Positions 19,347 through 29,613 of a stretch of DNA of 64,000 bases are shown here, piece after piece. Source of the DNA: Candidatus Hydrogenedentota bacterium. GTDB lineage: Bacteria > UBA8481 > J006. The notes beneath the pieces are model-generated. The model was given only the letters and a program-made list of their open reading frames with translations. It made no database searches and was not told the DNA's origin. The DNA lies in assembly GCA_003697085.1 (NCBI GenBank), contig RFFU01000040.1:3133-67132 (forward strand), written 5' to 3'. A program made the translations under genes and the position numbers. How positions within the stretch are numbered: the stretch's first letter is position 1; every line of letters begins with the position of its first letter.

Positions 19347-21068
19347 GTGTCGGAGCGTAAGGAAGAAGAGAAGGCCGTCGAGACCGCGGCGGAAGCAACG
19401 TCTGGTGCCGCCGCGCGGAACCTCTTTCGCATCTCGATCGACGAGGAGAACCGCGCGCTTTTGCTTCTCAATATCAAGGATGAGACGGCGCCTCCGACGG
19501 TGGAGGAGATCGTAACGGCGGCGCGGCGGGAGCGCGTCGAGCAGATCAATCAGGACGCCATTCGCCAGGCGATCGAACAGCGGGCGAAGGAGCCGATTTT
19601 GATCGGAAAATATCGGCCGCGGCCGGCTCAACCCGAAGTCTCGATCGCCAAGGATGGTATGACGGCTCATCTCCGCATTCTTCCCCCGGAACCCGGCGGC
19701 GCGAAACTTTCGCTCGAGGAACTGAAGACCGCTTTGAAACAGGAAGGAATCCTCTACGGTGTGGACGAAGCCCGTCTCGAGAAATTGGCTTCCGATCCCG
19801 TTTACGACGAGGCCGTTGAGATTGCGAAGGGACGACCGACGGAGGACGGCGAGGATGGATGGATCGAATATCTCTTCGAGACGGAGAAGACCTTTCGGCC
19901 CGCCGTGGCCGACGAGCACGGCCGGATCGACTTCAAGGAACTCAATCTCGTCGAGAACGTGGTCGAGGGACAGGTGCTGGCGGTTCTGCACCCCCCGACG
20001 GCCGGAAGGGCCGGAATCACCGTGCGAAACGAATATCTGGCCGCGAAGCCCGGACGCCCGGCTCGGCTTTTGGCGGGAAAGAATGTCGAGATTACGCCGG
20101 ACGGAAAGGAAGCGCGTGCTCTCTGTAACGGCGTCGTGTCGCTTCTGGCGAACAAGATTCAGGTTTCCGAGGTCTTTACGGTAAGCGGAAACGTCGGCCC
20201 GGAGACCGGGAACATCAATTTTCTCGGAACGGTGCAGATCACAGGGGGGGTCGAGGACGGGTATAGCGTCAAGGCGACCGGTGATATTGTTGTTGGTAAG
20301 ACGGTCGGAAAAGCGGTATTGGAGGCGGACGGCGATATTACGGTGCAGGGAGGAGTGATGGGGCATGAGGAGGGGAGAATCGTCTGTAACGGTGCGTTTC
20401 GAGCCCGCTTCGTCCAGGAGACGAATTTGGATGTTCGCGAGGACATTACGGTCGTCGATGCGATTATGCATTCCAACGTGGATTGCGGCGGGAGAATCAT
20501 TGTTGGCACGGGGGGAAAGAAGGGGATGATCGTGGGCGGGTTGGTACGGGCCTTTCGCGGCGTCTACTGCAAGACGCTCGGCTCGCCGATGTCCACGAAG
20601 ACTCAGGTGGAGGTCGGTGTTCAGCCGAAACTGGCGGCGCGGATGGAGGAACTCCAGCAATCCATTGTTCAGGACAGGAAGAATTTCGAGAACGTTCGGA
20701 AGGGAATTGCGGCTCTCGCGGCTTTGAAGCAGAAGCTGGGGCATCTTCCGCCGGACAAGGTGAAGATCCTTCAGACGTTGAGCGCGGCGCAGAATTCGCT
20801 CAAAGCGCGTATCCAGGAAATGGCGGCGGAGCTGAAGGACGTGCAGGCACGGGCTTCGGAAAAGGTGCGGGCCGTCGTGGCGGTTTCGGACACGCTCTAT
20901 CCCGGTGTCAAGATCACGATCGGTTCGGTTCCGTTCTATGTGACGCAGGAGGAGAAATATGTGACGGTCAAGGAACTCAATGGGGAGATATCCGTTGGTT
21001 CCTACGAAGAGCCGCGAAGCGAGAAGAATCGGAAGAAGAAGGACTCCGATTCGGGAAAGGGGAAATAA
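19347..21068 (+). CDS. FapA/DUF342 family flagellar assembly protein
   Basis: GRIDFKEL, TGNINFLGTV, beta-helix repeats and coiled coil; downstream of fliA. Confidence 0.88.
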   Translation: MSERKEEEKAVETAAEATSGAAARNLFRISIDEENRALLLLNIKDETAPPTVEEIVTAARRERVEQINQDAIRQAIEQRAKEPILIGKYRPRPAQPEVSIAKDGMTAHLRILPPEPGGAKLSLEELKTALKQEGILYGVDEARLEKLASDPVYDEAVEIAKGRPTEDGEDGWIEYLFETEKTFRPAVADEHGRIDFKELNLVENVVEGQVLAVLHPPTAGRAGITVRNEYLAAKPGRPARLLAGKNVEITPDGKEARALCNGVVSLLANKIQVSEVFTVSGNVGPETGNINFLGTVQITGGVEDGYSVKATGDIVVGKTVGKAVLEADGDITVQGGVMGHEEGRIVCNGAFRARFVQETNLDVREDITVVDAIMHSNVDCGGRIIVGTGGKKGMIVGGLVRAFRGVYCKTLGSPMSTKTQVEVGVQPKLAARMEELQQSIVQDRKNFENVRKGIAALAALKQKLGHLPPDKVKILQTLSAAQNSLKARIQEMAAELKDVQARASEKVRAVVAVSDTLYPGVKITIGSVPFYVTQEEKYVTVKELNGEISVGSYEEPRSEKNRKKKDSDSGKGK

Positions 21069-21069
21069 G

Positions 21070-21387
21070 GTGGCCGAACCGATTCACCTCCAGGTGAACG
21101 TCCTCCAAGGTGACGACGTGGCGCGGCAGATGCAAGCGCAGAAGGATGTCACGTCCCACCAGCAGATCGGACAGGAAGAGGATCGGGTGCAAGAGTCCCA
21201 GCAGGAAGAGACGACGGTCCAGGAGAGTCCGGAATCCCAGGAGAGCGAATTGGATCCCGAGGGCTCAGGGCGAGGTCGGGCGTTTCTCCGAAAGAGGCGG
21301 ACGGGCGGGGAGGAAGAAGAGGAGGATGAGGAGGTGCGGGGGGCACCGGAACCGAACAAGGGCATCAAGGTTGATCTCGTCGGATGA
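21070..21387 (+). CDS. Conserved hypothetical protein downstream of fapA
   Basis: GTG start right after the fapA stop; acidic low complexity; C-terminal PNKGIKVDL. Confidence 0.65.
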   Translation: MAEPIHLQVNVLQGDDVARQMQAQKDVTSHQQIGQEEDRVQESQQEETTVQESPESQESELDPEGSGRGRAFLRKRRTGGEEEEEDEEVRGAPEPNKGIKVDLVG

Positions 21388-21453
21388 GCATACGATCTAA
21401 AAAAACCGTCCTGGGGAGCGGCGGCCGGTGGGGGAGACCAGGGAGGTGAACCG

Positions 21454-21981
21454 ATGGAACTAATCTTGGCGTCCGTTCTGCTTTCTCTGGGGGTGGGTTT
21501 GGCGGTTTATGTCGTGTTGAGCCGAAGGATCGAGCAACTCGTGGGACGTTTGGAGGGAGTGCCGGGCGAGGAGATGACGGAATTGGAGAGCCGTGTGGCC
21601 AATTTTATCTCGGAGTTGACGCGGGTGGCCAATTCTCACGCCAATGCCGTTGAGGATCGTCGTGAGGAATTGCGTCGTGTGATCGACTTGGCGAACGAGC
21701 GGGTGAGAAGGCTGAATTCGCTTTTGTCGGATCTGGAGGTGCTGGAGAGGCGGTTACGGGCGGGGATGGCGGAATGGAAGGAGGGCGTGGCCGATGAGGC
21801 GGTGCGGAGAGAGGCGGGGGAAGCGATTCGGGAAGCGAAGCCGGTCGGAGGGAGGGACGAGATCGTCAAGGAAGTCCGGCGGCTTTCCGCGAACGGACGA
21901 ACGGCGCGGGAGATCGCCGCCCATATGAAGAGGCCGGAGGACGAGATCCGGTTGATTCAACGCCGTCTGATGGATACATAA
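21454..21981 (+). CDS. Membrane-anchored coiled-coil protein with C-terminal HTH (DUF6115/DUF2802-like)
   Basis: Strong RBS GGAGGTG; N-terminal TM; coiled coil; GRTAREIAAHMKRPEDEIRLI. Confidence 0.7.
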   Translation: MELILASVLLSLGVGLAVYVVLSRRIEQLVGRLEGVPGEEMTELESRVANFISELTRVANSHANAVEDRREELRRVIDLANERVRRLNSLLSDLEVLERRLRAGMAEWKEGVADEAVRREAGEAIREAKPVGGRDEIVKEVRRLSANGRTAREIAAHMKRPEDEIRLIQRRLMDT

Positions 21982-22556
21982 ATCGAGGGGCCAAGCGGGA
22001 GCGGGCCGAAAGGGAGGAGACTGACAGCCCGATTTTTCGGCTTTAGAGGGACGAAGGAGGTTGGAGCGGTTTTCGAGGAGAAGAATGTTTTCCCATCGGA
22101 AACCTTCTGACCAGGAATTCCTTTATCCTTCCCCGTGTCTTTTTGTTGGCAAGCAGGGCAGGCATCGCAAATCATGGCCGAAGAGAAATCTCAGTATACT
22201 TGCTTTTCCTGGGAGTACAAACTTCTTACTTGTTGGAACAGGTTTGCAGGGGTTGACGGAACGCACGTAGGTCATCCGACGAAAATCAGAGTCCGTCGAA
22301 ACGGCGTCCGAGGTCCAGCCAGTTGTCGAGGATACTGGCATCGCGGCGTTGCCTGTTAGTGGGTGAGAATTCCGCGCGGGGGAGGGTCTGGCGGATGCTG
22401 ATTTAAATCCTTTGGAAAAGATAAATTTTCTGTTAATTTCCCACAGTAAGGATGTATTCGGTGCAATGTAATGAGTCGAATCCAGAAGAACTGCGGTGAA
22501 AATAATTTTGAAACGCAGAATTATCTGACGACTGCACAAAGGTGGTGTAGGTAGAA

Positions 22557-23780
22557 ATGTCGAATATTCGGAATGAATCGAATGGTCCGATCCGGCTGGA
22601 GATGTTCAAAACTCCGGAATCGATCCGAGAAGAAATGGGAAACCGAGACCTTTATTTTTGGGGAGTGGGAGAGTGGTTTGAGAAAACCATTCGGAGGTGT
22701 GGGTTGCGACCGAAGTACGTTGTGGATTCCAACCCGGCTTTGACCGGTGGAACGACGATGGGTGTTCCCATAGTGAGTCCGGAAACCTTTTTTCGAGATA
22801 AACAACCAAAATACCTTGTTATAACGACAGGATCCTATGAGAGCGTAGTGGAAGCACTTATACGAAAGGGCGTTTCGGAATCGTGTTATTGTTGTACTCC
22901 CTTATTGAAAAACATGTATTTGGGACGCCGCCTAAAATGTGTTGATCAGACATTGGTTTTCTCGGTTGCCGACCAGGAGACGGGAGGTATTTTTCGGTAT
23001 CGAATCCGTGATAAGACATTGACTCGTTGGTATCAAGGAAAATGTCGCGGGTTGATCCGTTATCCCGGGGGCTATGCATTTGTCGACGAACTTCACGGAA
23101 TGCGCTTGATGGACAAGAAGGGAAACATTTTCCAGTCGTTCGATTTTCCCGAAGTAAACAGTTTGGTCGGTTTGACCTATGACGAGGATCACAGGCGTTT
23201 TTATATCGTAGATAGCGGGCGGGACAAAATTTTGGTCGTAAGCGAGGAGGGGGAATTAGAGAAAATGCTTTCGTTTAGTGAAAAGTATGAGGAGGATGGG
23301 ATAGAGCACCACCATTTGAATGACATTTGTTATTATGAGGGGCGATTATATCTGTCATTATTTTCCTTATCAGGAACGTGGCAAATCGGAGGGTACGACG
23401 GTTGCATCGTAGAAACTGATCTTTCGTTGCAAAGGATCTCAAGTCCCCTCGTCAGCAATCTCTGGATGCCCCACACCATAACATACATCAACAACGAACT
23501 CTTTTATGTCGAAAGTATGCGAGGTCGGATAGTTCGCAATACCTGGATGGAAGTTGTGCGATACCCAGCTTTTATTCGGGGGTTTGCTTGGGACGGTCAA
23601 TTTTATTATGTAGGCCAGAGCGAAAATCGGTATTATGATCGACTGGCTCGCGAAGCCAGCGTAATACCAGTGACCTGCTGCATTCACGTCTTCGATCCAG
23701 AGAGCAGGGCGTCCCGTGAGCACGTCTTCGATCAGTTTGAAAACATCCACGATATCGTGATTGCTCATAGTTCCGTTTAA
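22557..23780 (+). CDS. DUF4915/TIGR03032-like beta-propeller protein with N-terminal Rossmann-like domain
   Basis: N-terminal YFWGVG...YVVDSN...PIVSPE; HHLND, LWMPHTI and FIRGFA..YYVGQS motifs; visibly AT-richer than its flanks. Confidence 0.7.
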   Translation: MSNIRNESNGPIRLEMFKTPESIREEMGNRDLYFWGVGEWFEKTIRRCGLRPKYVVDSNPALTGGTTMGVPIVSPETFFRDKQPKYLVITTGSYESVVEALIRKGVSESCYCCTPLLKNMYLGRRLKCVDQTLVFSVADQETGGIFRYRIRDKTLTRWYQGKCRGLIRYPGGYAFVDELHGMRLMDKKGNIFQSFDFPEVNSLVGLTYDEDHRRFYIVDSGRDKILVVSEEGELEKMLSFSEKYEEDGIEHHHLNDICYYEGRLYLSLFSLSGTWQIGGYDGCIVETDLSLQRISSPLVSNLWMPHTITYINNELFYVESMRGRIVRNTWMEVVRYPAFIRGFAWDGQFYYVGQSENRYYDRLAREASVIPVTCCIHVFDPESRASREHVFDQFENIHDIVIAHSSV

Positions 23781-23910
23781 CCGAATTCCTTCTCGTTATT
23801 CCGAAAGAGAGAAAGGGTAAGCGAGGGGAAAATATAGTGCGATTTTGGCGGCATGGCTCACATTCCGCACTTCGGATCGGCGTTTTCGGTTTCTTGTAAC
23901 TAGCGTGTAA

Positions 23911-24291
23911 TCAGGCCTTCGGGCTGGTTTTGCCCCGTATAATCTTCATCGAACTTTGCTCCCATTCGCGCAAAAGAGACGAAATCTCCCGCTTGTTCTC
24001 GATCGCGCGCTTGAGTTTCTCGACTTCCTCCGGCTTGAGAACGGTATGCCTGAGGCGCCCATCCTCAAGACGGCTCCACTCATGGTATGGACCGTGCCGG
24101 GCCTCGGGATCGGTGTGACAACGGCACGTCTTCTTTCCGCAGACTTTCCTTCTGGTATGCAGTGTTCCGGAACAGACGAGATCCATCGAAAGAATTCGTT
24201 TCTGGATCTCCTTGATCCTTCGCCGGGGATCCTTTTCGGCTCGTTTTGATCTCCCCGAACTTTTTTCTCTTTTTTTGCTTGACAACCTCAT
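23911..24291 (-). CDS. DUF6788 family IS-associated protein
   Basis: GTL...CGKKTCRC....HGPY.W motif; lies inside the IS TIRs. Confidence 0.8.
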   Translation of the reverse strand: MRLSSKKREKSSGRSKRAEKDPRRRIKEIQKRILSMDLVCSGTLHTRRKVCGKKTCRCHTDPEARHGPYHEWSRLEDGRLRHTVLKPEEVEKLKRAIENKREISSLLREWEQSSMKIIRGKTSPKA

Positions 24292-24332
24292 AATCTGGCG
24301 ATATTATAATCGCCGGATTGAGGTCTTGTCAA
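24279..24332. promoter_or_regulatory. Overlapping divergent sigma70-like promoters inside the IS
   Basis: Plus strand: TTGACA(24279)-17-TATTAT(24302). Minus strand: TTGACA(24332)-18-TATAAT(24308-24303). Confidence 0.6.
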
Positions 24333-24340
24333 GGGAAAAG

Positions 24341-26061
24341 ATGATTTCTAGATCGAAAAACTCCGCTTCCCTCCGACTCGTGACGGAACGCCTTGGCCCG
24401 CTTCCGATCATCAACCGCTTTCTTGCTCGTCTCGATCTCGATTCGCTTCTTGACCGGTTCGTTCCGACAGATGACAGAAGAGTGCGCCTTCGCTATTCCA
24501 AGGCGCTGGGAGTTTTCCTTCGGTCTATCCTGGTGGAACGAGAGCCGATCTATAGGCAGGAAGAGACGGTCCACATTCGCCACTCGGCATTCGGTATAAC
24601 GGAGGAAGAAAGAGAGCGGATCTCGGATGACAGGATAGGGCGGAGCCTGGATCGCCTCTTCGACGCGGATCGAGGAACTCTGCTGACCGAGGTTGTCATC
24701 AAGGCGGGAGAGGAATTCGGCTTGAAGTTCGAGGAGTTCCACAACGATACGACAGACAATCCGCTTCTGTGGGCGTTATCGAGAGGCGAAGGGACGGTCT
24801 ATCAGGGGAAACCGGGCCCCATGGATAACCCGGGGGTATTCGAAGGATCACAGGCCGGACCTGAAACAACTTTTGTATCTTCTCACGACCTCCTCGGATG
24901 GCGGGGTCCCCGTCCAGTTTCGGTGCGACTCCCGGAATGTGAACGATTCGACGACACGCATCGAGACATGGGAGGCGCTATGTTCCATCGCAGGGGGGGC
25001 GGGCTTTCTCTATGTGGCCGATTCCAAACTCTGCACCCGCGAGAACATGGATTACATCGATAAAAGAGGCGGAAGATTCATAACGGTGATACCGAGATCC
25101 CGCCTGGAGGATCGCGAGTTCAGGGAATGGATCCAGAAGAACGATCCGCCGCGGGAACAGGTGTGGGACCGGCCGAATCCCAGGAAGAAATGGGGACCGC
25201 GGGATCGATGGTGGGTGTATCGCTATCATTTACCTTCGAGAGAAGCGTGGCCGATCATCTGGGTCTTCAGTTCGCTCTTGGCCGTGAAACAAGAAGAGAC
25301 GAGAAGGAGGCAAATTTCTTCAAGCCGAAGAGGAACTGGGAGATCTGAAGAAGCAACTGGCCAGTTCTCGAACGCGGCGGCGAGGACGAGGGAAGATCGG
25401 AGAGAAGATAGAGGAGATCCTTACGCGGACCCACACCGCGAGGTATATCGATGTGCGGATCGTAACCCGGGAGGATCATAGTTACAGGCAGGAGCGACGA
25501 GGACGCCCGGGCTCGGATACGCGATACCGGAGAATCACGAAGAGGCGTCACGACATCGAATGGTCGCTCAACGATGAAAAGATCGCTTACGATCGCAAAA
25601 GCGACGGGCTGTATCCACTTCTCACGAACGATCGGACTCTCTCGGCGCGCCAGGTACTCGAGGCGCATAAAAGGCAGCCGTCCGTGGAAGGACGCTTTCG
25701 GGACCTCAAATCGGTCAACGAGATAGCCCCGATTTTCCTCAAGAACGAAGGGAGAATCGAGGCGCTCTTCTTTCTCTATTTCCTCGCGCTTCTCGTGCAG
25801 GGACTCATCGAGCGTGAAGTCCGGCAATCGATGCGAAGAAAGGAAATCGAGGAGTTGCCCATATATCCGGAGGAGAGGAGCGGCAAGAGTCCAACCGCCG
25901 AGCAGATACTGCGGCTTTTCGGCCTGATCGAGCGTCATCGGCTGATGAAGCACGGGGCCCTCGTCCAGACATTCGTTACTGAACTGACGGAACTACAGAA
26001 AACGGTGCTAAAATTGCTCGGGGTATCCGAATCAGCCTACAAGGACCTTGAAGACATGTGA
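24341..26061 (+). pseudogene. IS1634-family transposase with two frameshifts
   Basis: DDRIGRSLDRL and HNDTT; after a frameshift near 24756, GYSKDHRPDLKQL and YVADSKL; after a second near 25320, VEGRFRDLKS and PIFLKNEGRIEAL. Confidence 0.88.
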
Positions 26062-26341
26062 CCGAAATTCACCGAAAACCGTCGGTGAGATGTACGGAAG
26101 GTGAGGCATGCTGGTAATGGAGTCCGGGTTTTTCTGTCCGCGGCGCCATCCCTCTCATTTTTTCCTAAACGGCCGCGTTTTTCCTGGTTTTTCCACTCCC
26201 TTTCTTAAGCGACTTTGTGCGCCGGGCGAAGAGGGAACTATACTTACAGACTGTGAAGAGATCACAATGAAAATTTGCATGAATGGCCTCGGAAACGAAA
26301 AGGAAATAGGAATTTTGTGGACGACGTTCTTTTCTAAAAGT

Positions 26342-27238
26342 TCATAATTGCGACAGCACGTCAGGATCGAGAGGACAAAGACGTCGCGAGCGGGTCAGTG
26401 GTATGCCTCGAAGAGTTTCACCGGACGACGGGGCTATTTTCCATACCAGTGTCACTGCCCCGGGAACGGTGAAATCTCTTCTTTCATCCCGGCGGGCTTC
26501 CTCCTTCAACCAAAGGACGCCTGGCTCTTCCTTCCCAACGCCGCCGGCCAATACAAAAGCGCCCCACAGGACCCGGTGTAGATCTGTATCTCTACACGCG
26601 GTTTTTTCTTTCTTTTCAAAAGATCTTGCTCTTGTGAAGCATTTGAGTGTGCCGCCGATCGCGATCAAATACTCCTCTAAATCCAAATCTCCCCCCATAA
26701 TTTCGATTGCAGAAGAGAGAATACGGGGATGCCGACGCAGATTCTCGAAGAAGGGTGAAACGAAGTTCGGCCAGCGAATTCCCGCAACCGCATCTTCTTC
26801 CAGAAAGTCGAAAGGAACTCCGGCTGCGGTCTCGTGCAGAAGAATGGGATCGCTGTGCAGGCCGACGCGCCGATAGAGGCGGGTACGGGAGGACAAGTCC
26901 ATGGCGATTCCCAAAATTTCGCCTTTCATTTTCATCTGCGAGAGTCTTCCGGCGGAAACCCATTCCCCCGTTGAAAGGTGCTGACGGAGTTTCGTGGCTT
27001 CCTTATTTGAGAAACCCGGGCCGGGAATTATCGAAAGGGGGGCGAATCCGCTTTCGAAAGAACGGCGCGCCGTTTCCGGAGGTGATTCTGTTCTTTCTTC
27101 AGCAGGCCTTGCGGCCTCTTCTTCGGAAGCTTCCGTGTAATTCGTCCGCAGATGCCGCGGCAACCCTCCACGCTTCCATGCCCGCAGAAATTCCCGCGCA
27201 AAAGCTTTTACCGACCTCACAAATGGTCGTTGTCGCAT
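26342..27238 (-). CDS. Hypothetical protein
   Basis: 298-aa ORF filling the gap between the IS and fumC; no recognisable motif. Confidence 0.5.
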   Translation of the reverse strand: MRQRPFVRSVKAFAREFLRAWKRGGLPRHLRTNYTEASEEEAARPAEERTESPPETARRSFESGFAPLSIIPGPGFSNKEATKLRQHLSTGEWVSAGRLSQMKMKGEILGIAMDLSSRTRLYRRVGLHSDPILLHETAAGVPFDFLEEDAVAGIRWPNFVSPFFENLRRHPRILSSAIEIMGGDLDLEEYLIAIGGTLKCFTRARSFEKKEKTACRDTDLHRVLWGAFVLAGGVGKEEPGVLWLKEEARRDERRDFTVPGAVTLVWKIAPSSGETLRGIPLTRSRRLCPLDPDVLSQL

Positions 27239-27577
27239 TTCTTCTCCCCTTTCTACTCTCCGCCCCGGGCTATCAAATCGGCCCCGAAAGAGACCGTTAC
27301 CGAATATTTTTGTTTTGTGAAACGCAACTTTATAACCACTAAAAGTCTATGAGAAGGCTTTTGCATCCGGATGATGAGGGAAGGGAACGAGATATCGGAG
27401 AAAAACGGAGTCTCTTTCTTGTTCAAGGAGCGTGGGACGTTTAGTTCAGGCTTTCGTTTTTCTGTTTTTCGAGGTAAGTTCCTTCCGTTAGGTGGAAGGA
27501 GTCGGATGAAAAGGCGTTGACCGTAGAACGGAAGATAAAGAAAGACACTTGAGATGTAGGAAAGAGGAGGACGGAAT

Positions 27578-28969
27578 ATGCAGTATCGTATTGAGACAGA
27601 CAGTCTGGGAGAGGTGAAGGTGCCGGCGGACCGGTATTGGGGGGCGCAGACGGAACGTTCGCGAAAAAACTTTCCGATCGGGGGCGAAAAGATGCCGGCG
27701 GAATTGATCCGTGCCTTTGGAATATTGAAAAAAGCAGCCGCCTTGGTGAATGCGGAACTGGGAACACTCCCTCGCGAAAAGGCGGATCTGATTACTCGGG
27801 CGGCCGACGAGGTTATAGATGGAAAACTTCTTGATCATTTTCCTCTCGTCGTCTGGCAGACGGGAAGCGGAACGCAGACAAATATGAACGCGAACGAGGT
27901 GATCGCCAATCGAGCGATTGAAATGGCCGGGGGAACGCTCGGATCGAAAAATCCCATTCATCCGAACGACGATGTCAACAAGGCGCAGTCCTCGAACGAT
28001 ACCTTTCCCACCGCCATGCACATCGCCGTCGTGGAACGGATCCACCATCATCTTCTTCCTTCGCTCGAGAAGATTCGAGATGCACTGAGAGAGAAAGCCG
28101 ACGCGTTTCGCGGCATCATCAAGATCGGTCGAACCCACCTTATGGACGCGACACCGTTGACGTTGGGGCAGGAATTTTCCGGATATGTTCAACAAATGGA
28201 AAACGGGATCGAACGGGTTCACGGCGCCTTGCCGCGCCTTTACGAACTGGCTTTGGGGGGGACGGCCGTGGGAACCGGGCTGAACACGCATCCGGAATTC
28301 GCGGAACGTTCCGCCGCGAAGATCGCGGAATTGACCGGTCTTCCTTTTGTAACGGCGCGGAACAAGTTCGAAGCCTTGGCCGCCCACGATGCGCTCGTTG
28401 AATTCAGCGGCGTACTCAAGACGATCGCTTGTTCGCTGATGAAAATCGCCAACGATATTCGTTGGCTCGGCTCGGGGCCCCGCTGTGGGCTCGCGGAGCT
28501 CGTTCTTCCAGCAAACGAACCGGGAAGTTCGATCATGCCGGGCAAGGTCAACCCGACGCAGTGCGAGGCGATGACGATGGTTTGTGTGCAGGTTCTCGGG
28601 AACGATGCGGCGGTGGGCGTCGCCGGCGCCTCCGGCAATTTCGAACTCAATGTCTTCAAGCCCGTCATCGCGCATAACGTTCTTCGGTCCCTGACTCTGA
28701 TCGCCGATGCCTGTTCGAGTTTCACGGACCGGTGTCTCAGAGGGATTGTTCCGAACGAAAGGAAGATCGCCGAACACCTATCCAATTCCCTGATGCTTGT
28801 AACGGCACTCAACCCCCACATCGGCTACGATAATGCGGCGAAGGTGGCGAAGAAGGCTCACGCGGAAGGGCTGACGTTGAAGCAGGCGGCGAAGGAACTG
28901 GGATTGCTTTCGGAAGAAGAGTTCTCGGAACTCGTGCGGCCCGAAAAGATGATCGGGCCTTCTTGCTGA
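27578..28969 (+). CDS. fumC: Class II fumarate hydratase
   Basis: [37 protein letters not shown] signature. Confidence 0.98.
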   Translation: MQYRIETDSLGEVKVPADRYWGAQTERSRKNFPIGGEKMPAELIRAFGILKKAAALVNAELGTLPREKADLITRAADEVIDGKLLDHFPLVVWQTGSGTQTNMNANEVIANRAIEMAGGTLGSKNPIHPNDDVNKAQSSNDTFPTAMHIAVVERIHHHLLPSLEKIRDALREKADAFRGIIKIGRTHLMDATPLTLGQEFSGYVQQMENGIERVHGALPRLYELALGGTAVGTGLNTHPEFAERSAAKIAELTGLPFVTARNKFEALAAHDALVEFSGVLKTIACSLMKIANDIRWLGSGPRCGLAELVLPANEPGSSIMPGKVNPTQCEAMTMVCVQVLGNDAAVGVAGASGNFELNVFKPVIAHNVLRSLTLIADACSSFTDRCLRGIVPNERKIAEHLSNSLMLVTALNPHIGYDNAAKVAKKAHAEGLTLKQAAKELGLLSEEEFSELVRPEKMIGPSC

Positions 28970-28974
28970 CGGTT

Positions 28975-29340
28975 TCAACCACGGACCGCGAAGAGGGAAG
29001 ATGCATCTGAGGGGACCACGGAAGACACGGAAGACGCGGAAAAAGGGTTTGCCACAGAGACACGGAGACACAGAGAATTGGGGGAGGGAACGAAGGAAAA
29101 GAGAAAATCGACGAAAAGGACGCCCCACTTTCCCGTCAATCGGCAAAGAAACGAAAAACGGTGGACGAAAACGGTGAACGAAAGGACCACGGAACACACG
29201 GAATGACACGGAAGGGGAGGGGACCATGGAACACACGGAAAAAAGAGAAAGGCAAAAGTCAAAAGTCAAAAATCAGAAGGCAAAGGGAAAAAGGCGAGGG
29301 TAGGGTTGAGGGCTAGGACAAGGACAAGAAAGAGGAGGAT
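28975..29340 (+). repeat. Mosaic purine-rich short-repeat array
   Basis: CCACGGAAGACACGGAAGACGCGG, CCACAGAGACACGGAGACACAGAG, ACGAAAA repeats, CAAAAGT heptamers, AGGGT/AGGACA repeats. Confidence 0.8.
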
Positions 29341-29459
29341 CGAAGCGGGGTGAAAGAGGGGCGCACCGGGACGCCCGTCACTTCATCGTTTCCGTTTACC
29401 TACGCGGCGAAACATACTTTGACGTCCTCGCCCCTTCCCGCGGTTCCGGCATCGCGCTC

Positions 29460-29489
29460 TTGACGTTCGGATTGGTTACGGCGTACCAT
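29460..29489 (+). promoter_or_regulatory. Putative sigma70 promoter
   Basis: TTGACG-18-TACCAT upstream of the 29614 gene. Confidence 0.4.
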
Positions 29490-29613
29490 CTCTCGTAACG
29501 CGTTTGTAACCCAGGGTAATCTCCCGCGTCGGAACTCTTGGAGAGGGGCGGGTGGAGCGTTCGGCGGAAGAGGTCAATGAGATCGAGAAGGACGGAAGAG
29601 GAGGCGGCGAAAA

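Larger units (their letters stand above)
23857..26105 (+). mobile_element. IS1634-family insertion sequence (degenerate)
   Basis: Left TIR CTCACATTCCGCACTTC vs right TIR (reverse complement) CTCACCTTCCGTACATC, 14/17 match; flanks GCATGG / GCATGC; contains the transposase and a DUF6788 gene. Confidence 0.85.

Noticed and set aside
18504..20744. 746-aa minus-strand ORF
   Set aside because: Antisense shadow of fliA/fapA, typical of high-GC codon bias
21982..22556. Riboswitch or ncRNA (e.g. c-di-GMP) in the long intergenic region
   Set aside because: No GEMM or other consensus recognised by eye; an Rfam/Infernal scan would be needed
24750..25330. Programmed frameshifting in the transposase
   Set aside because: No slippery heptamers at either site, and IS1634 transposases are single ORFs; decay or sequencing error is more likely
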